Shown here one piece after another: positions 12,701-25,100 of a DNA stretch of 64,000 nucleotides. The notes beneath the pieces are model-generated. The model searched no databases, was not told where the DNA came from, and saw only the letters and a list, made by a program, of their open reading frames with translations. The position numbers and the translations under genes are program-made. Each line of letters starts with the position of its first letter. Within the stretch, counting starts at the first letter, position 1. Source of the DNA: Glycera tridactyla (lineage: Eukaryota). Location: contig OZ286461.1 of the NCBI GenBank assembly GCA_965644265.1, positions 44,826,001-44,890,000 of the forward strand, in the 5' to 3' direction.

Positions 12701-15700
12701 GATGATCATTCTGTGAAAGTTTGGTGAAAATCGCATGTAAAATGAATGAGGAGTTGCGCAGCCAAGAAAGTGTGACGGACTGACGGACTGACGGCCACTA
12801 TTTCAATATTCCTACACCTTTCGGCGAGGAATAACAAGGCATAAATGCACAAAAGGCTCGCATGCACGCCGCTTGTCGAAAGGGGACACATCTGTGTGTG
12901 GATTTAGCTTCGCATGCGAGCCAAAAATGAGGGAGGAGAGGCAATGTCTGTGAATGGTGGACAACGGACGCCGCGTGATGGCATAAGCTCATCAGCCTTC
13001 ATAATTATAGGCGACATCAGTGTTCACGAAAAACTTTTTGGCGACGTCTGACATTGTGTCAGACATGGAAAGGCTCCCATGTCTGACATTTTTGGTCTAT
13101 GTCTGACACTGGTGTCAGACATGGGAAGGCTCCCATGTCTGACATTTTTTGCTCCATGTCTGACACCGGTGTCAGACATGAAAATGCTTCATGTCTGACT
13201 ATTCTACACTATTTTAGATTTCATACTCCTGCGTCGGAAAACACGGAAGATCGCCGGAAAATCACATCAAACTTTCGTTTTCGGCATTCCGCACGTCAAG
13301 TCTCGCGGCGACGGGAACTCTCGCGAGACTTCACTAAAATATGAATTATCACCGAATCATACGTCTTTTCTAGGTAAAAACGCATCTTCATGACAGATAT
13401 GACCATTTGCGAGTGATTTCGGTGGCGAAGACGACTCGATTAATGTTAGAAATGAAAATAAAACTGAAAAAGTTTGAATTCTCCAAATCTCGCGGGGTCG
13501 TGAACTCTCGCGAGACTTCATTAAAATATGAATTTTCACCAAATTATACGTCTTTTCTAGCTAGAAACGCATCTTTATGCCAGATATGACCGTTTACAAG
13601 TCAATTTCGTGCCGAAGACGACTCGATTAATGTTATATTTGAAAATAATAGTGAAAAAGTTTGAATTTCTCCAAATCCCGTGTCGTTGCGAGATCTGACG
13701 AGACAAGAAGACCAAAATGGCGCCGGCGTGTAATATTTGTCAAAGATACGATCATTTTTACTCGAATTCCTCTATAAATAATGATGGATAAGCCACGATT
13801 CGTTGACGCCGGTCCCGGTGACCGGTGCTTATAGCGATTCTCGTCGGACATTAGAATTTTACGTCGGTCATGTCCGACGGACCGACAGTTTTTCGTGAAC
13901 ACTGCGACATGGGTAGAAATGATTCCTGAGAATTTGTCTGGAATATGGAAATGGAACTCCCCCAATGAAAAATCATCACTGAATACTTCATTCTGGAGAA
14001 TACAAATCAGAATTTGACTGAGAATTATGAAGATTTATGAATTAATTGAAACAGCTTTGAGAATGGACAAAACTTGTTCACTCACCTTCATCAATGAGAG
14101 CCATGACACCCAGCACCTTGACTTGTACAACTGCTCCTCGTTCATGCACCTGAAGCAGACAAATAAGTGCCATCTAGTGGATGTATCCTACACCAGCATG
14201 ATACTGCCACCTGGTGGCAATAACCTGAAATCTATCCCACCTGACTGCCAGTGTTGAAGGTTATTCACTCTCACATTAAAACTGCACTGATCCAGATGGG
14301 TAGTTTGTGTCCAAAATACATTGTATGCTTGTCCACACAAAGGAGTTATGGAATCAGGCAAATGACGAGATGGAAATGACTATGGGTCCCTACATTCTAC
14401 ACAGTCCCTGAAATCTTGCAGTATATTCAAAGCACAGGCACCATCATGACCTCTCATATTCTATTGGTTGGTTGGTTGCTTTATAGCTAGTCAGCTACAA
14501 ATAGGCTATATTGAGACGCCCATGCAATATGCATCATTGGGTCTGATCAAGCCGCCGCCGCCGCCGCCGCCACCGCCGCCTACTCCTCCTCCTCCTCCTC
14601 GCCAGCAGAAAACTGTCATCAGAGTTACCCTATTCTCCTTAATTAGTGCTGTCCACAAAGAACTAACAATTTAAATGATAAAGTGAGATCGAGTGGTTAT
14701 ACAGACGCCACTGTACATTCGGCCTGCATTCGGTTATCTTATTTCCATATCATTTGCATTCATCCAACACAAATTGAACCTGCAAGTGCCCTGAGGTGCA
14801 AATTAGGGAGAGTACATTAATGGACAAGACACTGATTCTGAAGAACAAACCTAAAAAATATGGGTTGGTGGTACGTGAAATTTCACCCCTAGGAAAGGCA
14901 TTCATTCACACAAATAAATGCCTAGTCAAAGCTTGTTATCATTTTTGAACATGCACAAATTCAGGAGAGTGGTTCTTTCAGTCTGCTGTCTGGCAGGAGA
15001 GTGGCTAGAAAGGTTTTTTGTGAAGACTTAGGCAGTTACTTACTTTGAATCCAATTTCGCAGGCATCGATGGGATCGTTGTCACCTTTGCACTGTGTATC
15101 TGCATCCGTGTGGTTGGGATCTTCCCAGGTCTGAAACATGAAACAAGTACATATTATTTCGTATCTGCTCGATCTTGCTCAATGGTAATCTCAAATTTTC
15201 TGCCTCATTTCTCCTGCAAAAATTATCTATTTCCCAGTCATAACTTTTTTTATCTTCACAACATCCAATCTCAAAATTTGGTTGAATTCCCAATGATCTA
15301 CAATACCCTGTGAGAAAAGATCCCGCTATGATGGACCACCTATTTGGAAAGGGCAACTTGTATTGACCATTGGTGATGCATTTTCACCAAAATGAAGATG
15401 CATTCTGGGGGCACAAACCGATTGTTCAGAGTGAATGCCAAGTACAGTAAAACCTGCTATAGTGTAATCCTGTCCACAGTGAAATCCTGTCTACAGTGAA
15501 AGGAAAAATCTGGCCCGAACGTTTTTTTCTCTCACTATAATTGACCTGTATATAGTGAAATCCTGTCTACAGTGAAAAGAAAAATCTGGCCAGTGACTTT
15601 TCACTATAGACAGGTTATACTGTAGCTGTCAGCCAGACATGCGACAGTAACAGATAAGAACGTTTATTTATTTGTAAAAATTTGTCATAGACATTCATAG

Positions 15701-18700
15701 GAACTGCCAGTTTCCTCTTGCATCTAAGAGACTCAACACTGACTTGACTGGTGAGTTCTCACTCATTTTGAGTACACCTGCCAATGCACAAATGGGATCT
15801 CTTTTCTATTTGGCATATCTAAATACAGTCGAACCTCCTCTAAAGACCACCTCCCTATAAAGACCACCCTGAGCTGCGACCGTGCTAGTATTTTCAACAG
15901 TAAATGACCTCCCTATAAAGACCACCTCCTTATAAAGAACGCTTTTTGATGCGACCAAAGGCGGTCTTTATAGAGGTTCGACTGTACACATTTAATGGAA
16001 GATCTCTCATATTGCAGTTTTCACGTCTATAAAAAGTACATAATCCATTTCTTCTCTAGAGAAGCCTCAATTCAGAAGATGGAGAAGGAAGATATTTATT
16101 GAAAAGATCATAAATTATCCGTTTTCAATACAGGATTTATCAATCAGGGATGTGATCAGCCCACAACCAGGAACACTGAAAACCTGACCGGGAGCACTTA
16201 GAGCAAAATGTTTTCGATCAGTAAACCCAAACTACTGGTAACTGGAGGCTACCAGAATCCCATACAAACATTGTGCTCTATCTCCACTAATACTTGTCCG
16301 ATTTTCATGATCTAAAAGCCAAAATAATCAGCAGAGAATGCGCTTTGCTGTCATGTACATGGCTTGCAAGTGAGTAGAGACACGGAAATCTGCGGATCTG
16401 CAGAACAATCACATCCCTGATCAATTCTTCTCAGTATTGCTGTCAGTATTTCATAACTCATTCTGATTAGACATAGATTTTGAGTACATATTGCAAACAG
16501 TCAAACTTGTCCTAAGCATTAATGAGCAGGAAGCTCATGAAGTCCATGCTTAGTATAGGTCAATTATAGCGGAAAATACTCTGATGGGGTAAACAAAAAC
16601 ATGTTGCTTAGGACAAGTTCTTGCTTAGTACAAGTCTTGCTTAGTATATACAAAAGATGTGAGATCAATGATGGCTGTTAATGACTAACCTGAGGCATCG
16701 CACCATAGTTCCAGATGTAACCGTGATGGGGGAAACAGTTGTTGACAAAACGCAGCTTGCCCTTTTTCACGTCTTGCTTGATGGGATTCATTTTGCTCTT
16801 GGTATCAATCTGAAAGCACACAAAAACAAAGTACATATCAGAGCATTCATCAGGGGTTGGAAGCAGTGCAGGCACAGAGACCCTCATCTAATTTGTCAAA
16901 CATAGTATTTTGTTCTGTAAAGAATCGTTTGAATGGCCGGATACATTTCAGGGCTCCCAATTTATTTATTTATTCATAATTTCACCTGCCAGATGACAAA
17001 CTGGGCCATATTATTCAGATAAAGTACAGATTTGAGATGCGAAAATCATCTTTTGACCAAAACTGTCTTTGCTACCAAATCATGAAAATTATTACTTCCT
17101 GGCTACCAAATGAAAAGAAAATAGCTCGCTACCAAATTGAATGCCTGGCGACCAAAATTACTTTCAGATGCAGGGCGCGAAGACATCGAATAAATCCACC
17201 GGGTGAAATTCAATATCACCCGCCCAGTAAAAATATAACCTGTCCGTACACGAATGTGACCGGGATTGTGGAAACACTCGTATATATACATCGAATCGCC
17301 ATAGAAAACACATGAAACGTGATAAAATTCATTTGTTAGATCGGCTTCCTCGTGGTTCCGAAACCTGCGCAGATGCTCCAAAATCGTCTTCTGCGCACAT
17401 CGTTGACATCTCGCGACGAGAGCCCCATGAAAGCAGGTCGCTGATTGGTTGATTTCGCCGAGATTTCTGCAATTTGGCCAATCAGGGATCGCGACAGATA
17501 TCTGTGTCGGTTCTTTATCACCTCCAGCATTAAAGATGGCGCAGGGTCTTCCGAAAGTGACGAAACTCGCCAACGAATTGGACAAATAAACAGAAACTTC
17601 GTTTTCACGATTTTTCGATGCGATCCAACACCGTTATGGCCAAAAGCCGAGCCCGCCCGAAAAAGACGTGTTACTTTGAAAGTCACCCGCCTGACGGCGA
17701 TTTCGGCACGCCCGGGACGTTCTGGAGGCTATCTCTTCGCGCCCTGAGATGCCAGCTGTAACGGTAGTTTCAACTTCCATGAGGTAGCATAGCAATTTTG
17801 TGACCACCAATCTTTGGTTTCCAGTAGGGTTTGACCTTGTTAGGGCAACCCTCTTGCTGATACCCTCCATTTTAACATGTACAGTCTAACCTGTCCTGAG
17901 AAGCCACCTGCCCTAAGCAGCCACTTTTTGAATTCCCGGCAGGTTGCTGTGTATATCTGACACCTCAATTAATGATATTTTTTAATGACGCACATAGGTC
18001 TATACAAAAAACCTGTCTTGGGAGACCGCTCCAGACACCAATGAAAAGTGGTCTCTCAAGACAGGTGGTCTCTCATTGGAGGCATATTTGACTATGTCAA
18101 ATAGAGGAGAGCCGATAAAGAGCGGTCTCCCATTAGAGGGTGGTCGCCCAAAAGAGGGGTCTCCCAAGACAGGTTTCACTGTATTTGATAACTTTTTTCC
18201 AAAGCAGCTAACATATTGAGCAACAGCTGTCATTTCCCAAACACTTAGATTTATCTATACCCACAGCGTTCACTCTGACTTCTGCCTGAATGGGGACATT
18301 TGTCTCATCTACTTTCTAGATTAGGTACCAGAGCCTCAGAACATGGGACACTGGCTTTGGATTTCTGGGAATAATAGCCTATACCGATGAGACATTCTCT
18401 TGGAAAAGAAATGAAATGAAGATCAATTTTGTGGCTACACGAAATATTGGTACAGTAAAACCTGTCTTGGGAGACCGCCCCAAACACCAACGAAAAGTGG
18501 TCTCTCAAGACAGGTGGTTTCCCATTGGAGGTATATTTGACTACCGTAATGACGTTATAATCGCCCTGGGCGTCTATTAGAATCATCACTGAGTGGAGAC
18601 GGGGGGTGGGCGATTATTAGGGATATCTCCTTACCGGGTGAAGACTGATGCTGAAAACGATGTTTTTCACTGGTCCCGATCGGTCTCTCAATACCTACAG

Positions 18701-21700
18701 TACAGCCGCGGGTCAATAAATGATACAAATCGCGCGATAAATGACTACTAGAGTGTTTGACAATCGTTTTCGCCATAAACGTGATGAAAACATGTGGCAG
18801 GTATAACGATTCGAGTGCGCCGCCATTTTGAATCCGATCAGGTCACATGATCAGCATCATCTCGTGACCTCGTGACTACACAACAGTCGCAGACAAGTGG
18901 CCCGTCCCCCCCTTGGTTTGAAACCAAGCCCGGGGAAAACCACAACAACAACAACAATGGCGCCCGGATCGTTATCATTAAAGAAGCCGGCCTTTCGTTT
19001 ATATCACTAAATACATGCTTATTCGGCGTTGACACGTGTTTTTAAAGGCGGGAACCACCTCATAATGGATATACACTATGAATCATTGGGGTATGAAGTG
19101 TGAACGATGTAACAATAGCCGGGGTAAGGCGCGAATTGGCTTCTTTACCAGTTGTCAACACAGTTTTCTTTGTTCTATCGCTGGGCTCGTCGCTAATTGC
19201 AATTGACGAAACTGATCGATCATGGTGTCGATTGGCCTCTCTCCATGTTTAAACTGTCTTCTTCTTTGATGACCTTTGTCGATATTCGCAATCCGCAGAC
19301 TGGGCGATTAAAAGGAACTTTCCCGTGACTAGGAATCATCCAAAATTTGGGGGGGGGGTGGGCGTTTATTGAAGCATGGGCGATTATTACGTCATTTACG
19401 GTATGTCAAATAGACAAGAGCCGATAAAGAGTGGTCTCCCATTAGAGGGTGGTCTCCCAAAAGAGGGGTCTCCCAAGACAGGTTTCACTGTATCTACAGA
19501 TAGACTGGTTGACTTAAGGAAGGCGGTTTGTTCATGTATGAAATACTATTTTGGCCATCGTCCAGGCTGGTGTTTGTTAGTTGGCAGGTAGTTTCTTTCA
19601 CTGTACATCCCATTTTGCTAGACTTTTCAAAAGAGTTTGCTGAGGGCCTTTGGCCGTCACCAAAAAGGGATCAAATGTTCTGGATTGTGTAAAATTTTCT
19701 TAACTGCCTGGAAAGCACATGGTTGACAAAACTGGGTCCAATTTGAGCATTTTACCTTGATCTGTCAACCAATTGCTCATCCCGGTAGAAGTCATGAGGC
19801 ATACATGGAAATGATTCAAATTTAAAGTACCCTGTCTTGAGAAACCGGTTTAGTTTCTTCATTAAAAGGAGACCATTCGGATTCAAAATCCAGAGCATAT
19901 CAGTACAGAGATGGGATCGGCCAACAACCAAAATCCCTGAAAACAACTCCATACAGACTTTGTTCTCCATCTCCACTAAGCCCGGCCCAATTTTGATGAT
20001 CTAAAATCTGAAATAATAAGCATAAAATGCTCTTCTCTGATATGCATGGATTGCTGCATCTGTGAACAAAAACACAGGTATCTGCAGATCCACGGAACAA
20101 TCACATTCCTGTCATCAGCAGTATTTGGTAATACTGGTAAAGCTGGTGGGAAGCCATACATGTCTATTGTGACAGGCTGATCAAGGCATGCTAGCATCAC
20201 AGGATCTGGATGAATAATGACAGGAAGGATTTGCTGTGGCATTATTTCCTGCCTAGACAACCCCCACACCCACACTATCGCCCACATACCCATGCCTCAA
20301 TCGCACTACTATGTGACTGACTTGCTTGAACTAGTCATCAATCTTATGGCAAGCCTTTCAGACCTGTGTATGCTGCACAATGAGACCGGCAAGTTCTATA
20401 AATACCAACAAAAACAAGTACAGTCGAACCTGTCTATAAAGGCCGCCTTCGGTCGCATCGAAAAGTGGTCTTTATGGGCAGGAGGTCATTTACTGTTGAA
20501 AATACTATCACGGTCGCAGCTCAGGGTGGTCTTTATAGAGAGGTGGTCTTTATAGAGAGGTGGTCTTTAGAGCAGGTTCGACTGTATTCTCTCAGTTTGT
20601 GTCTATCTCAGCAATGAAACAAAGCCCAAATCAATATAGATGATTGACCCTGATTTCCGCAAGATCAAATTACAGTGGAACCTCCTCTAGAGACCACCTA
20701 TCTATAAAGACCACCTCTCTATAAAGGCCACCCTGCGATCACGGTAGTATTTTCAACAGTGAATGAACTCTCTATAAAGACCACCTCCCAATAAAGGCCA
20801 GTTTTTTATGTGACCGAAGACAGTCTTTGTACAAAGGTTTGACTGTATACTCAACAATTTGCCTTTAGAATATGTGCACAAGCTCTACAGCCTTTGTACA
20901 GGGAGAGCAGTTTCATCTACTCAGCAACCAAACCACCACTGAATAACCAAGCAAGGAGCACATTACATTTCCCACACAGACGCCCAGATCTTTGTTCACA
21001 ATTGTATCATATTCATCACTTGAGGAAATTTAACACAATGGCAGGTTATAACGATAAAGCACGTAATAAATTTTCATCAATTTTGAATTCTGAAAGATGA
21101 GTTGTGTGTATTAACTTGTAACTTGTGAATTGATGATTTTTTTTTATTGAGATATGCATTACTTTATGAAAACTCTGGACATCCCATGCTGATGCCGGGG
21201 GGGGGGGGGGGGGGTTATTCAGTTCAGAAAGGAGTCACTATCATCAAGAACTGCCCTCATCTGCACTGCAGCATTTTACTACAATGTGCTAGGTGAATTC
21301 CTAGCAAACTATAAATGGCTTAAAAAACAAATATTTGCCCACTAACGCAGCAGCCAGTGTGGTTGTTTCAATCAATCCCCCTATTGATTCAACCACTGAC
21401 CACGGATCCACTAATTCCTACCACTAATTCCTACCGTTCGAAAACTAATCTTCCGCCAAGGGAATTTCAGACAAGAGAACAAAATATACAACATGGACAC
21501 ATATCGAACTTCATGCATGTCTGATGTCTTTGTGGCTCGTCTTTGTGTCTCATCAGAGTGGACATCAATTGATCTGTGAGTGTATGGAGCCAAATATGCA
21601 AAAATATCTTAGGCATGGTATTGCATCCATGGAGTTGTAGTTCCATTTGATAACATTTCACCCAAGAGAAAGGATTTTGAAAATTCAACGGATTTATAAT

Positions 21701-22075
21701 ATTCCAGAAGTTCCTGAAAACGCACACACTACGTCTTGAAACATATTTGGTTGGAATTTTGTTGTGAGTGTACAGTTTCTGACCTTGGAAAAAATCAGCG
21801 GGCTGGTTATTGACTCAATGTTATTCACCAGACAGAGTGCATCAACGAGATAGCTTCGATCGCTTCAATTCGATTCAAGCATGATTTTTTGTCAGGTGTC
21901 AGAATGCTACCATTCTGACTACTTCCTTGGAAATCCCAAATGCCTGGTTGGAAATCAGACTTTTTGTCAATAGATAATGTTCTTCAAAACTTCTTTAAAT
22001 GGCTATCTTGTCACCTTATACCTATGCACACTGAGGCACACACAGGCACACGGAGGCAAACACACACACACACAT

Positions 22076-22126
<51 letters not shown>

Positions 22127-25100
22127 TACTCACACACACACACTCACTCACTTTCAAGTGGCTGAAAGACCAAAGTAGTCGACTTTGAAGGTGACTTAGA
22201 TAGGCAGACATGCGTAATGATGGTTTCCATGGTTACCATTGAGGTAGCTAGCATCCAGTTGGTGATGGGCCAACACTGGTGGGAGTGGTTTGATGTCAGC
22301 CATGGGTGAATATTATGTTCATGGTGCCTTTTCGATCCAGTATATGAATATGAGTCAGTCTTACATATATGGCTTTGTTTTGAATCCCTGTTCCCTGAAG
22401 AAACCTGATTACAGGTACAGTCAAACCTCCTCTCTATAAAGGCCACCCTGATCAGCAACTGTAGTAGCATTTTCAACAGTAAAATCACTCTATAAAGGCC
22501 ACATTTTTATGCAACGGAAGGCGGTCTTAATACAGTGGTTCATCAGTATATAAGTGAATTCATCAACCCAACGTGATCTTCCAATGGAACCAAGAAATTT
22601 TTTCAGATGGGCCAATGAAAATTGTATTCAACCTGCCAATTAGACAGGTGGATTAATACATTCTGATGTCTGTGAGCCATGAATTTACTTTCGATTCTTG
22701 AGGTGCCCGCTACTACATGCCATTCAATTACGGATTTTATTGGGATGTTGCTGGAAGAATGACTGCAGAGGGCCTGCTCTCAAGAATTCTGCCTCATCAT
22801 TGACTGACTGCAATTGATTGTGACAGACATGGGGACCTATTCCACTACACACAAAATTTGACAAGATGCCCCTGGTTCCTATGGTTAACTGGGAAACCCA
22901 AGCATACAATGATTTTTCAGTGCACTCAAATGTTGAGATTCTTCCACGCACCTATATGCTAATGAAAGGATTCTGAGTAACGAGCATCATAAAGGGTTGG
23001 TGAGGGCCGGTCTGCACTGATAGCTCACCAGATCGCTCCTGTCCCTTCATGTATTGATCGGTTCTTCAGCTAAATAGTCCTCTAGCTCCCTTATACAAGC
23101 CTCACAAACAATGACCCCCTCCCCTCCTTCAACTACCACCACCACACAACATGCTGAGATTGGTGAAATCGAGCACTGTCATCAAAACAACAAATCTGCA
23201 GTCATAGAGATAGTACAGTGAAACATGTAACGAGAGACCGCCTCAAATGTCACCAAAAAGTGGTGTCTTAAAAAACAAAGGTGGTCTCTCAAAAGAGATA
23301 TAATAGACCATGTCAAATAAAAAAGCTGCCGGGAAAAGCGGTCTCCCGTCCGAGGTGGTCTCTTGTCTGGGGGTCTCTCAACACAGGTTTCACTGTACCT
23401 ACTTCAGACTGATTTCCTGGTTACTAATTGCTTTGCAAAGGCAGATGATGTTTCCTTTCCAATAACACAACCACTCTGATGATCTTGAAAAATAAATCTA
23501 GAATTACAGTGAAACCTGTCTTGAGTGAAAAGTCACGGGACCAAATTTTTCTTCCACTTAAGACAGGATTTTGCTTAACGCAGGACAATTATAGTGGGAA
23601 AAAACATCTGGGCAGACCGTGGGGTATGTGCTTAAGACAGGATTTTGCCTAGCACAGGTTTACACTCAAGCAGGTTTCACTGTACTTCATCATATCATAT
23701 AATGTAATGAATTTACTGAGACAGCAGAACCAATAAATGCTGCAACGTTCCAGCAATTATGCATTAGACCTCTTTTGTGAGACCGCCCCAAATGCCATCC
23801 ACAAGTGGTCTCAAGACAGGTGGTCTCTCATTGGAGATATATTTGACTATGTCAACTAGGAAAGAACCAATGAAGAGCAGTCTCTCAAAAGAGTGCGGTC
23901 TGCCAAAAGAGGGGTCTCACACAAGAAGTTAGACTGTATAACATGATAAGTCACTTTGGATATGAAATATTCAATCTAACTCAAATATTAATATGGGTGC
24001 CAGTAACCATGGATCCATGACCAATTTGAAGGTGATGACTTGATAAGCAGACATTCATATTTTCTCACAAGTTGATGGACCCCTGTGGTGAATGAATTTG
24101 AAATGTCACAGGCCATGACACTAAATGATAAGCCATCTCTGTATCAATGGTTGATAGGGGTGAAAAAGGTGGGTAGGTTGACCCTTGGTAGGGAATATTG
24201 ATGGGTTCAACAGGGGAAATGCCTACAAAAAACACATGAGTGATGAATGTACTAATATTTCACACCATTGCTGCCTATGAAGTGACCAAGCATGACATCC
24301 ATATACAGGTTTAATTGCATACAAGTTACCAATTCAGTGTTGGAGATCAGGGGAGATTGTGAGACATTTGAGTGTAATGTCTCACATTTTGAAAAGTGGT
24401 GAGATAGTACTTGTAACATTTGTTTCATATTTATGTAAATTGTCTCACATTTTGAATAGTGGCGAGATAAATGTCTCACTTTAGCCATAGCTCAGAGCCA
24501 ACACTGCCAACTGCAATCCCAAATACTTCTACAATCTAACCTGTCCACAGCAGCCACTGTACTGAACAGCCACCTGCCTTAGGTAACCACTTATGAATTT
24601 CCCACCAGAGGTTTTTTCACTATAATGCACCTACCCTAAGCAGCAATCTGGCCTAGGCAGCCACTTTTTGCCTTCCTTAAGGGTGGCAGCATAGAACAGA
24701 TTTCACTTTAGTTTCATATCCCCAGATGCAATCAACATACTGTATAATGCTGAATATACATGCAGTGGGCAAAGGTACAGGCCAGTGCTGTGCGTGTCTA
24801 TTTGAAACTGAATTTAAGGGCAAACTGATCACAATTTCGTTAAGGAAACACTCGCCAAATCGATGAATAATGATGGCAGCCTTTCGTTTTTTTCGGTATT
24901 GACACATGTTCAGTGGTCATCGCTGGTATGCTTGATGAGTACTGTATAAGGATGAGATGCCCGTCTACTTGGGTATAGGCGTATATACGGCAATATACGG
25001 TACCATTTTTAGCTCAGTACACCAACTGTTAACTGATGTCAAGTATGTACATGTGTACAATGTGACACTATGGGGAGCCCCTCAAATAGAAGTCTCCCAG

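Noticed and set aside
17103-17585. 160-aa ORF on the minus strand
   Set aside because: It lies mostly inside a GC-rich MITE and crosses its boundary, with no transposase motifs.
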